NCBI GenBank assembly: GCA_008632985.1 | Contig: QPGO01000117.1 | Location: forward strand, 246,671 to 266,670 | DNA from: Psammoneis japonica | Lineage: Eukaryota | Reading direction: 5' to 3' | DNA length: 20,000 nucleotides | Shown: positions 10,411 to 20,000 of the stretch, one piece after another | Layout of the letters: every line of letters starts with the position of its first letter | Position numbering within the stretch: the first letter of the stretch is position 1 | Translations under genes and position numbers: made by a program | The notes under the pieces: model-generated | Seen by the model: only the letters and a program-made list of their open reading frames with translations | Database searches by the model: none | Told to the model about the DNA's origin: nothing

Positions 10411-13400
10411 ATGGTATCTTTCAAAATCGCTGCGGCTGCGCTTCTATCCGCTGGGACTACTACAGCGTAAGTCAAGGATTTGGATGGATCGGTGTTGATT
10501 TTCTCGTTGTTTTTTGCCATCGTCTCGGTGTGTCGGCTCGAGCGGTGTGCGATCACAAATTGAACTTGAAGTTGAGAGCGTAGAATTCTACGTGTTCTGG
10601 TACAAAGTCGATCCTCGTACAAATCTACGACTGACCGAGAAAATGCCGACCAAGAGGGGACCAGCGAGAAAACCGTCGTCTTTTCATGCTGTAGCTTGAA
10701 ACGATGAACTTACCTACTATTTTGCTTCCTCCTTTAACCATGTGATCTTGTTACAGATGGCAGTCAGGTGTCCCCTCGTTTGTGTCGACAAAGAGCATCC
10801 AGCGTTCTGCGGTGGCGAGGAACACACTCTACCAAAAGAAAGCAATTAAGAAATCGACTTCGTCGTTGTCAATGGTTGTTTCAGATCCTACTTCTTCAGG
10901 AGGAATGTTCACAGCCACCAATGCCGAAAATCGTCGTGTTGTTCCTGAGGATGTTCGTGGACGCCCAAAGATGAAGGTCGTCTACGTTGTTCTTGAGAGT
11001 CAGTACCAGTCTTCCATGACGGCGGCCGTCAAGAGAATCAACGCCGGTTCTGACAACATGGCTGTTGAATGTGTTGGTTACCTTCTCGAAGAACTCCGGA
11101 ATGACGAAGCCTACGAACAATTTAAGAAGGATGTCGAAGAAGCAAACATTTTCATCGGATCCCTCATTTTCGTTCAAGAGCTCGCAGAGAAAGTTATCGA
11201 CGTCGTCAAGCCCAGACGTGATGATCTCGACGCTGTTCTCGTCTTCCCCTCCATGCCCGAAGTTATGCGTATGAACAAGGTTGGAAGCTTCACAATGAAG
11301 AACTTGGGACAATCCAAGAGCGTCATATCCGATTTCATGAAAAAGAAGAAATCCGAAGACGGTTCGTCGTTCGAAGAAGGCATGCTCAAGCTTTTGCGCA
11401 CCCTTCCCAAGGTGCTCAAGTTCCTCCCCAGTGACAAGGCTGCGGATGCCCGTACCTTTATGATGTCCTTCCAATACTGGCTTGGAGGGTCGCCTGAGAA
11501 TCTCGAATCCCTTCTTATGATGGTTGGACAGGATTACGTCGACCCCATCAAGAAGGCCATGGAGGGCAAGGAGAAAGTCGTTGCCGAGGAACCAGTCCTC
11601 CTCCCTGACAAGGCCATCTGGCACCCTGTTGCTCCTCAATTGTCTTCGAGAATAACCAGAAGTACTTTGAGTGGTACAACAACGAATTCTGTCCCGAGGC
11701 TGGTATCGACCCCAAAACCGCCCCTACTGTCGGAATTATTCTCCAGAAATCCCACATCAACACTAAGGATGACACCCACTATGTTTCTCTCATCTCTGAA
11801 CTAGAAAGCCGAGGCGCCCGAGTTGTTTCAATCTATTCCGGTGGACTGGATTTCTCTGGACCCGTGGAAGAATTCTTCTACGATGCTTCTGGAAAGTAAG
11901 TCGCTGCGTCTTTCTTGGGCTCAACATGCTTGCGACATTCTCACTCATTGGAATCGCGTTTTTTGTTTAGGCCTATCGTCGATACGGTTATCAACCTTAC
12001 TGGATTCGCCCTCGTTGGTGGCCCGGCTTCGCAGGACCACGAGAAGGCATCTCAGGTTCTCAAAAAGCTCAACCGCCCTTACATGTGTGCCGTCCCGCTC
12101 GTTTCCAGTCGTTTGAAGAATGGCAAGCATCTGAGTTGGGTCTTCACCCCATCCAAGTCGCTCTCAGGTTTCGCTTCCTGAGATCGATGGTGCTATCGAG
12201 CCCATTATCTACGCTGGACGTGAAGGCGCCACCGGACGCAGTGTTCCTCTCGCTGACCGAGTCAACCTTCTTGCTGATCGTGCCATGAAGTGGTCGGCAC
12301 TTCGCAACAAGCCTACCCAGGATAAGAAGATTGCCATTACCATCTTCTCCTTCCCGCCCGACAAGGGTAATGTCGGAACCGCTGCCTACCTTGACGTGTT
12401 TGATTCCATCAAGGCTGTTTTGAAGCAGCTCAAATCCGAGGGATACGATATCGGTGATGCTCCAATGGGCAAGGAGGAGATCATGGAGGCCGTTCTTAAT
12501 GATCCGGAGGCACGAATCTCTTCGCCCGAGCTTAATGTTGCTTACCGCATGAGCACTGATGAATATTATGAGTTGACACCCTATGCTACTGACCTCGAAG
12601 AGAACTGGGGACCGGCTCCAGGCAACCTCAACTCTGACGGACAGAACCTTGTTGTGTACGGAAAGCAATTCGGAAACGTCTTTATTGGTGTGCAGGTACG
12701 TAAATATCCAGGTGTCGATTATTATACCCGCGTGTCCCCGCAATCGTTTCTTAACCTTTCGACTAATTTCTGTTTGAATACAGCCATCCTTCGGTTACGA
12801 GGGTGACCCAATGCGTTTGTTGTTTGCCAAATCGGCGAGCCCACACCACGGTTTTGCCGCGTACTACACGTACCTTGAGAAGATTTTCAAGGCCGATGCA
12901 GTCTTGCACTTCGGAACCCACGGAAGTTTGGAATTCATGCCCGGAAAGCAGGTCGGTATGTCTGGAACATGCTACCCTGATCGTTTGATTAACTCGTTGC
13001 CGTCGGCCTACCTCTACGCCGCCAACAACCCATCCGAGGCAACCATTGCAAAGAGACGTTCTTATTCCGCCACCGTGTCCTACCTCACGCCACCCGCTGA
13101 GAATGCTGGTCTTTACAAGGGACTAAAGGAATTGAAGGAATTGATCTCCTCTTACCAGGGCTTGAGAGAGAACGAAGGTCGCGGCCCAGCGATCGTGAAC
13201 TCCATTGTGTCAACAGCATGGACGTGCAACCTCAATGCTGATATCGATGATCTTCCAGATCTCGAAAGCTATGATGCCAAGGATGACACACCCGAACGTC
13301 GTGATGAAATTGTCGGAAAGGTTTACGCGCAAATCATGCAGATCGAAAGTCGTCTGCTCCCGTGCGGTCTTCACACGTTGGAGTCCCCCCACCGCAGAAG

Positions 13401-15083
13401 AGGCCGTCGCTACGCTTGTCAACATTGCCCAGCTCGATCGTCCTGAAGATGAAATCGAGGGATTGCCTCGCGTCATTGCTGCCTCTGTTGGCAGAGAAAT
13501 CAACGAAGTTTACCGTGGAAACAACGCAGGTGTCCTCGAAGATGTCGATTTGAACACCAAAATCGTCGACGCATCTCGTGCGGCTGTTCGTGCCTTGGTT
13601 GACCAGTCCACCAACACCGACGGCCGTATCAAGGAAGTGAACGCCCTGTTTGATGACGTAGGTAACTTCCTTGAAAAGATGAGTGGAAAGAAGAAGCCCT
13701 GGACACAAGCGATCATTGATGCTGGATTCCCCGACGTCAGCGAGGAGCGCTTGACTCCGGTCATCAAATACTTGGAGTTTTGCCTCAAGCAGATTGTCGC
13801 CGACAACGAACTTGGCGGAATCATGGAGCTTCTCAATGGTGAATTCCTCATGCCCGCTCCTGGTGGAGACCCCATTCGTAACCCCGCAGTTCTTCCTACC
13901 GGACGTAACATGCACGCCCTCGACCCATCTGCCATCCCGACCTCCGCTGCCGTTGAAGTGTCACAAGACGTTGTCAGGAAACTTCTCGAGAAGCTTTCAG
14001 AAGAGAACGATGGCGAATATCCCGAGAGCATCGCCTTCACCCTATGGGGTACTGACAACATCAAGACCTACGGAGAGTCACTCGCTCAGGTTCTTGCCCT
14101 CGTTGGCGTGAGACCCGTTCCCGATTCTCTTGGACGTGTGAACAAGGTTGAACTCATTCCTTTGGAAGAGCTTGGTCGCCCTCGTATCGATGTCGTCGTG
14201 TCTTGTTCCGGTGTGTTCAGAGATTTGTTCATCAACCAGATGAACTTGATGGATCGTGGTATCAAGATGGCTGCCGAAGCCGATGAACCGCTTGACCAGA
14301 ACTTTGTCCGCAAGCACGCTGTTGAGCAAGCCGAAGAGCTGGGTGTAACACTCCGTGACGCCGCTTGCCGTGTTTTCTCCAACTCTGCTGGATCCTACAG
14401 TGCCAATGTTGGACTTGCCATCGAGAATGGTGGTTGGGAAGACGAAAGCCATTGCAGGATCAGTTTTTGACTCGCAAAGGATTTGCCTTCAACGCCGATA
14501 AGCCCGGAATGATGGAGCAACAAGCTGATTTGTTCAAGTCTGCATTGAAGAAGGTTGACGTGACTTCCAGAACTTGGACTCTTCCGAAATCTCTATCACC
14601 GACGTCTCGCACTACTACGACTCTGACCCTACCAAGGTTGTTCAGGGTCTTCGTGACGACAAGAAGAAGCCCATGTCTCTCATGGCTGATACCACAACTG
14701 CTAATGCCCAGGTTCGTACCTTGTCCGAGACAGTCCGTCTTGATGCGCGTACCAAGCTTTTGAACCCCAAGTTTTACGAGGGTATGCTTTCTACCGGTTA
14801 CGAGGGTGTGCGAGAGATCCAGAAGCGTCTCCGCAACACCATGGGCTGGTCTGCAACGGCCGGAGAGGTCGATAACTTTGTCTTTGAAGACGCCAACGAA
14901 GTGTTCATTGACGATCCCGAGATGCAACAAAGGCTTCTCGATACCAACCCCAATGCTTTCCGTGACATGGTCACTACCTTCTTGGAGGCCAACGGAAGAG
15001 GATACTGGGAAACTTCCGAAGAGAACATTGAGCGCTTGCAGGAGCTCTATGCTGAGGTCGAAGACCGTATCGAGGGAGTATAA
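10411..15083 (+). CDS. chlH: Magnesium chelatase subunit H, plastid-targeted (introns 10467-10756, 11896-11970, 12696-12783)
   Basis: Motifs [117 protein letters not shown] and [13 protein letters not shown], ending [11 protein letters not shown]. Exon 1 encodes the signal peptide [19 protein letters not shown], followed by WQSG and an S/T/K/R-rich transit peptide. Indels near 11640, 12101, 12164, 13377-13390, 14451 and 14567. Confidence 0.97.
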
Positions 15084-15245
15084 AGTGGGATATAATATTA
15101 TGTTTTAACAGTTTTAGAAAGATTACATTTGAAATTTACTCTGAAACTTCGTTCTGAACGTACCGAAGCGTCCTGAGTGCGAAGCAGTGATTTTCTGTGC
15201 GAGTTCAATCCCGCTTCGCCTGATCAGCTGAGCAAGCGTAGTACT

Positions 15246-16253
15246 CTAAAATAGAAAAGGGACAATCGCTTTTCGATGCTCACACATGTCCTTTGTAAAA
15301 ATGTTGCTTGTACCACTCATGACTTCTTCTAGCTGAAATCGTGAGATTCGATACCACCCACACAAAACAACACATGACGGTACCCTTTCAAAAATGAGTG
15401 AACCTTTGAATCTCCGGACCTGCCCAACTACTCATTGCAGCGTTCGTGTCTAGCATCCCGTGCTCTCTTAGTTGCTGGTACATTGGCTCCAGGAGTATGG
15501 CAAACCCAACATAAATTAAAATCTCTGCGAAGTAGTGCGGGCAACTCACGTAGCGAAACCATCGACCAGAGGGTAGTCCATAGTATGCGGCGCTAGCTTT
15601 CGTCGGCACATTATTGTTTTTTCTTCGGACCTAGCAAGCAAGCAGTGATGGCAGTACTGTTCATACTGACCAAGATACAACAAGCCACGCCAATAGATAA
15701 TGAAAGCATTGAATTCTTGGATCTTGTTGCTTGTTTTCTTGTTTTAATTCGTCGGGGCTGCAGGTCAGTGGCGGAACAAACACAAATGCCAGCAAGCAAT
15801 AGTGGACCACACCCAGCACGTAGCCACCAATGTGCATCTCACTACTGGGGTTCCATACGTGAACAAATCGACATTCCAACCATCGTCTTGCCAGGTGTGC
15901 AAACAAAAGAAGCAGCCCACATTGGTGCGCCAGTCCCTGAAGCAACGTTGTGGCAATTCGTCTTGAAAAGCCGCACTGAACCACAAAAGAGAAATTGTTG
16001 ATATCAACCCAGCCACATAAAAGTGCCTAAAGTACAGCTTTTGTACCAAGAACATATCTCCGTTCAAAAAGTACTGCACAATCGAAGACCGCTGTTGTTG
16101 CTTTACATTGTTGTTGTTGTTTCGAGTCTTGCCGTGCGCCGCAACAGTGCGCAAAAAAGGCGATGCACACGAAGCCAACACGACGATGGTTAACAACCCA
16201 TAGACTGGCGCAACTACATCATCCACGACACACAAGGCCACTCGCAGAAACAT
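15246..16253 (-). CDS. SRD5A3: Polyprenol/polyprenal reductase (SRD5A3/DFG10 family, steroid 5-alpha-reductase superfamily)
   Basis: Across frames: AHGKTR, VQKLYFRHFYVAG, HLARRWLEC, MHIGGYVLGVVHY, YGLPSGRWFRYVSCPHYFAEILIY, WVVSNLTISARRSHEWYKQHF and RKAIVPFLF with TAG at 15246-15248. Several indels between about 15300 and 15920 split the ORF. Confidence 0.88.
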
Positions 16254-16557
16254 CAATTATTGCAGATGCTTCAATCTGTTTTGTTGGTTCTCTCTCTTCT
16301 TCCTTTTCCTTCTTCAGCGCTTTCGAAATTTTCGATTTTAGTTTTTGCCCATTCATCTATCGGCTTTGGACTGTTGCGCCTTTTTATCATTCGATTGGTT
16401 CGATTCTTCTCTGTCGAGATGAACCAAAAAGGCGCGATCGACGCGCGAAGCATCGGTGTTCGGTGTCGCGATTTGCCAATGACGCGACGAAGTATCGCGT
16501 CGTCGTGTGTCAGACGTCGTTCTCACTCGACATACTGTGAAATACAGTGCAAACCGG

Positions 16558-17809
16558 ATGCGTCAAGAGGCGAAAGCCTGGAAAAGTTCATTGACACCAG
16601 CAAAGGTCATGATGGGGGGCAGGCGAAGAGTTGTTTGCGATTTGCGATGGCGATGTTTTTTCATCCAGTCCATGTTGATGTCAAGCAGAGTCGATCCGTG
16701 TTTTGGAAAGAGCAAATCTGTTACCACATTTCTATCGGGGCCTAAATCATCTTATAACGCCAGAGCAAGTCGATCAAGATACTTACCATCCACTCTATCA
16801 ACAGTAGCAAGATTCGTGTCTACCGGAACGACAGACGAGCACGCCAGAAACGAAGATGATGATTGGGACCTGATTTTACGATTTACAGACGGATCGCACA
16901 ATTCTGCAAAGATTTTTATTCCAGAAACAGAACCGTTTGGTGGACAGGACGCGTTTCAGAAGGCCTCGTTTGGCCAGCGTCTCGAAGCTACAATTGCAGC
17001 CTGTCGAGAGTTGGAAAAGTCAAGCGTATGGGTCGAAGTGCCCATGTCTCGAGCCAGTTTGATCGAAGAAATGGTAGAATCTGGGTTGCGATATCATCAT
17101 GCAACAGGCGATAAGGCAACGTTGTGCCTGTGGCTTGATGAGGAAAAGGATAACAAGATTCCGGATTTTGCGACTCATCATGTGGTACGTCTTTTGCTCT
17201 TGTTTATGCCAGTTGAAGTGATGTCTCAAGCTTCAGACCATAAACTTGTTTTCTCACAAACTCTACCTTGATTGTCAGGGCGTCGGTTCAATTGTTGTAA
17301 ATAGTCGCAATGAAATTTTGTGCGTAAGAGAATTGCATAGGAATTACAGGCCATGGAAGATTCCTGGTGGGCTGACGGAGCTAGGAGAACATTTAGATGA
17401 GGGCGCGATTCGTGAAGTCATGGAGGAAACGGGAGTTCCCTGTCGCTTTCTCTCTGTGTTGTGTGTTCGTCATACGCATGGAATACAATTTGGACGATCG
17501 GATTTGTATTTTGTGTGCCGATTGGAGCCTATTGAAGAGACAGATGACAATGGAAACGTTATAATACCGGAGCCCGTTGCTCAGGCTGATGAGATTGAAA
17601 CTGCCGCGTGGGTGCCACTGGAAGAATACAAAGCGATGGTTAACGATCCCAAGGGACACCCAATGATGCAGCATGTGTTGCAGCTTTATGAACAAGATCA
17701 TGAAATTGAAAGGACGGTATTGAGTAGCATAGTTCCAGGGAGGAAACCATCCCCAATATATCACATTCCAATTCGCGAAAAAATAATGACGGCGAGACCT
17801 GAGACTTGA
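16558..17809 (+). CDS. Nudix hydrolase, NUDT6/plant NUDX2-NUDX8-like (intron 17185-17278)
   Basis: Nudix box GGLTELGEHLDEGAIREVMEETGV, pre-Nudix region (SSVWVEVP, GLRYHHA, LCLWL, IPDFATHHV spliced to GVGSIVVN) and SDLYFVCRLEP. The R/S-rich N-terminal extension suggests organellar targeting. The start codon is uncertain. Confidence 0.88.
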
Positions 17810-18193
17810 AAAATGCTTCCATGTTGTGTCAAAATCAGCCTCTCGTTTTCGTAGAAAAGAACCATTCGGGCTTGGAAAACTAGTAGCAAGAAACTTAAAG
17901 GGCGAACCATATAATCGTAGAAGAGATAAACAAAGCCAGTGCCATATGGCTGGCTTTGTTTTGGACTTCTGCGCCAATGCAATGGAAGAGCAGAGAGACG
18001 ACAGATGCGCCTGTTGAAAATGTGGCGGGAAAATAAACCCATCGTACGTTTAACGGCGTTTTGTATGGTGCGTGTCGCGCGATTTTTGAAATTTTGCTGT
18101 TGGCGCCGATGGGCGATGTGTCGCTTCTTCAGTGTTTTCAGCTTCAGGCTTCACTTCTCAGTTTTTGCGCTGTGATATTGGGATAAGATTTCC

Positions 18194-18901
18194 ATGAAGA
18201 ATGCGTGTATATTGTGGACAGGAGGCAAGGACTCCATGATGGCTTTGATCAGGGCTCGGGAGCGTTACCACATTATTTGCCTCGCCACCTTCGAGCCCAA
18301 GCCGGAAAAAGCGTTCCTCGCTCATCCGCAATCCATCATCGAAGCCCAAGCAAAAGCTCTGGGCATTGAGCACCGCTTTCTTTCCGTCTCGGAACCATTT
18401 TCAGAATCCTATGAAGAAGCAATCGATAAGCTTGCGGCTGCTGGAATCCAAGTCCTCGTCACCGGTGATATGGATCGTGTGGATGGTCACGAAAATTGGA
18501 TTGCACAACGAGCTCGAAATGTAGTAGAGGTTGACTTACCGCTGTGGAATGCAGATAGGAAACAAATTCTCTCTAGCCTCATTTCGGATCATTGTATTCG
18601 AGCCGTTTGTACCTTGACACGAGCCGATGCATTCGAGGAATGCATTGTCGGGAGAGAGCTTGACGAAACTCTCGTTTCAGAACTGTGTCGGCGGCATGGA
18701 AGAGAGGGCTTTGACGCTTGCGGTGAAAACGGAGAGTATCACACGGCTGTGTTATGTGGGCCAGGATTCGCATATGGTTTGCATTTGAGAGGGGCTAGAG
18801 TTGCGTGCACTGGATCATACCGCCACCTCAACTTTGACGCAGTTGAAACATCAGCTGAACGCAAGTCGATACAAGACAAAACTAACGAAACACAAGAATA
18901 G
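18194..18901 (+). CDS. Diphthine-ammonia ligase (Dph6)/MJ0570-like N-type ATP pyrophosphatase, prokaryote-like form
   Basis: Intronless 235-aa ORF with PP-loop WTGGKDS, AQAKALGI, LVTGDM, PLW, VGRELD and DACGENGEYHTAVLCGPGF. Confidence 0.88.
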   Translation: MKNACILWTGGKDSMMALIRARERYHIICLATFEPKPEKAFLAHPQSIIEAQAKALGIEHRFLSVSEPFSESYEEAIDKLAAAGIQVLVTGDMDRVDGHENWIAQRARNVVEVDLPLWNADRKQILSSLISDHCIRAVCTLTRADAFEECIVGRELDETLVSELCRRHGREGFDACGENGEYHTAVLCGPGFAYGLHLRGARVACTGSYRHLNFDAVETSAERKSIQDKTNETQE

Positions 18902-19024
18902 AGAGTTGCTGCAGAGACCACTTTCTAACCTTACTACTAGACTAAACCGAGAACCCAACAACAAGAAAAGGAGGACCCAAACCTAACGTACTTTATGGGG
19001 CAACCACCTTTCCTCAGCACAGAC

Positions 19025-19312
19025 TTAACGGGCGCGTTGACGCATCTTCCTCCTCTTTCTGCGAAGACGACGCATGCGCTTCTTCTTCCACTTCTTACGC
19101 ATACCGCCATTTGCTTCAAGAAGCATGGTGATGGTGTCATCCTCTTCCACACCATTGGCAGCAAGAGAGCCGCCCTCGAGGGTCTGACGACCATTGACCA
19201 ACTTGATCTGGGAACTAGGAACGAATTCCTTGTTCTCAATCAAAGTCTTGAGAGTCTCAACCGACGCATCGGCATCGACCGTGTAAGCCGTTGATCCGAC
19301 AAAAATCTGCAT
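19025..19312 (-). CDS. RPL41: Ubiquitin-like domain (70 aa) fused to ribosomal protein eL41 (25 aa)
   Basis: MQIFV...LLEANGG is followed directly by [25 protein letters not shown] and TAA. The tail matches human eL41 ([25 protein letters not shown]) at 20/25 positions. One uninterrupted frame. Confidence 0.93.
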   Translation of the reverse strand: [95 protein letters not shown]

Positions 19313-19352
19313 AGTACTATGAACGCTTTTCAACAACTTGGTTGCTCGAAAC

Positions 19353-19618
19353 CTGGCAAAGAATAGAACGACAAAGAAAAATCAAATCACGTCAGAAATA
19401 ACATGCCACGGATGCGCTAATAACCTGTACTCTACAATCCCGATTGACACGAACGAAAGGAGACGAGGGAACGTAACGACTTCAGAACGTCCTCCAGAAA
19501 AAAATGACGGAACCGTCGCCACAGCTTGCATTGGCAACGACAATAATGACGTGGATCAGGTGAGTACGCGGGAGAAACGCCCGCGGACAGCGACGCAGCG
19601 ACGCCATTGTCGTCTTAC
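19353..19618 (-). other. Probable 5'-UTR intron of the UBL-eL41 gene
   Basis: On the minus strand: donor GTAAGA at 19618, branch-like TTCTGAC, a long pyrimidine tract and acceptor TTTGCCAG ending at 19353, 40 nt upstream of the ATG. The donor choice is less certain than the acceptor. Confidence 0.55.
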
Positions 19619-20000
19619 TTTCCGGTGAACAGACAGCAAGTTGTGTGCCGTTCGTGGCGAGACTTGTACCGAAGCTTACAGCAGCTTGCGTAAGTAGGAT
19701 ACATACGGGATGCGTCGTGGAATACATTGACCATTGACCCGCGAACCGAACACTGCCAGCACGCATGATCAGGTTGAGCGGAGAATAACACACACTCAAT
19801 GTGAGAGCATGCCAAACAAGCAAACAGACAGCACGACTGAGAAAGAAGGACAAAAAAAACGATCATGATGCAAGATGCAAGCATGATGGAGATTTTTCGA
19901 CCACAGCTGGTTTAACAGGGTCCCCCCTTGTTCATCCAAAAATTACCGTGACATTTGAATAAAGCTGTTTGCTGAGTGATGATTTTGAACACAAAAACGT

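Noticed and set aside
10579..10592. Perfect 14-bp palindrome CGTAGAATTCTACG in chlH intron 1
   Set aside because: One palindrome of this length in 20 kb is compatible with chance, and there is no supporting context.
10896..14930. Long antisense ORFs over chlH (10896-11639, 12144-12743, 13334-13915, 13510-14064, 14460-14930)
   Set aside because: Shadow ORFs expected opposite a codon-biased gene; no recognisable motifs.
4292..15083. Calling AspRS and chlH pseudogenes
   Set aside because: Catalytic motifs and splice sites are intact and the lesions are only short-run indels, which fits sequencing error better than decay.
16163..16745. ORFs 16163-16540 and 16260-16745 between the reductase and Nudix genes
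   Set aside because: Non-ATG starts, overlap with the divergent promoter and the Nudix 5' end, and apparent hydrophobicity that derives from T-rich UTR sequence.
1..17809. Possible isoprenoid/sterol gene cluster (oxidosqualene cyclase, polyprenol reductase, Nudix hydrolase)
   Set aside because: The genes are about 14 kb apart and separated by unrelated housekeeping genes. The Nudix protein looks NUDT6-like rather than a prenyl-diphosphatase type, and no tailoring enzymes are present in the window.
17393..17977. 194-aa minus-strand ORF
   Set aside because: Largely antisense to the Nudix catalytic exon, with no recognisable domain.
19353..19618. Intron-encoded snoRNA in the ribosomal protein gene intron, also checked in chlH intron 1
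   Set aside because: No convincing C box (RTGATGA) with a terminal D box, and no H/ACA two-hairpin layout by eye; only a short CGCGGG/CCCGCG stem. A covariance-model search would be needed to exclude it.

Overview
Gene-dense eukaryotic DNA with short GT-AG introns (mostly 75-130 nt), most consistent with a diatom or related ochrophyte alga, because nuclear ChlH carries a signal peptide plus transit peptide. Gene order: 3' part of an oxidosqualene cyclase with the cycloartenol-synthase signature (+), a hypothetical membrane protein (-), a PPM1G-like PP2C phosphatase (+), cytosolic aspartyl-tRNA synthetase with an apparent N-terminal WHEP domain (-), a single-pass membrane protein (+), a Gly-rich DUF2780-like protein (+), a 1.4 kb unexplained gap, Mg-chelatase H (+), a polyprenol/polyprenal reductase (-), a NUDT6-like Nudix hydrolase (+), a prokaryote-type Dph6/MJ0570-like ATP pyrophosphatase (+), and a divergent ubiquitin-like domain fused through Gly-Gly to ribosomal protein eL41 (-). 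Many conserved genes are broken by 1-2 nt indels in short base runs, best read as assembly error. The most notable items are the UBL-eL41 precursor, the WHEP-AspRS fusion and two intronless bacterial-looking genes. All family calls come from motif recognition by eye, with no database searches.
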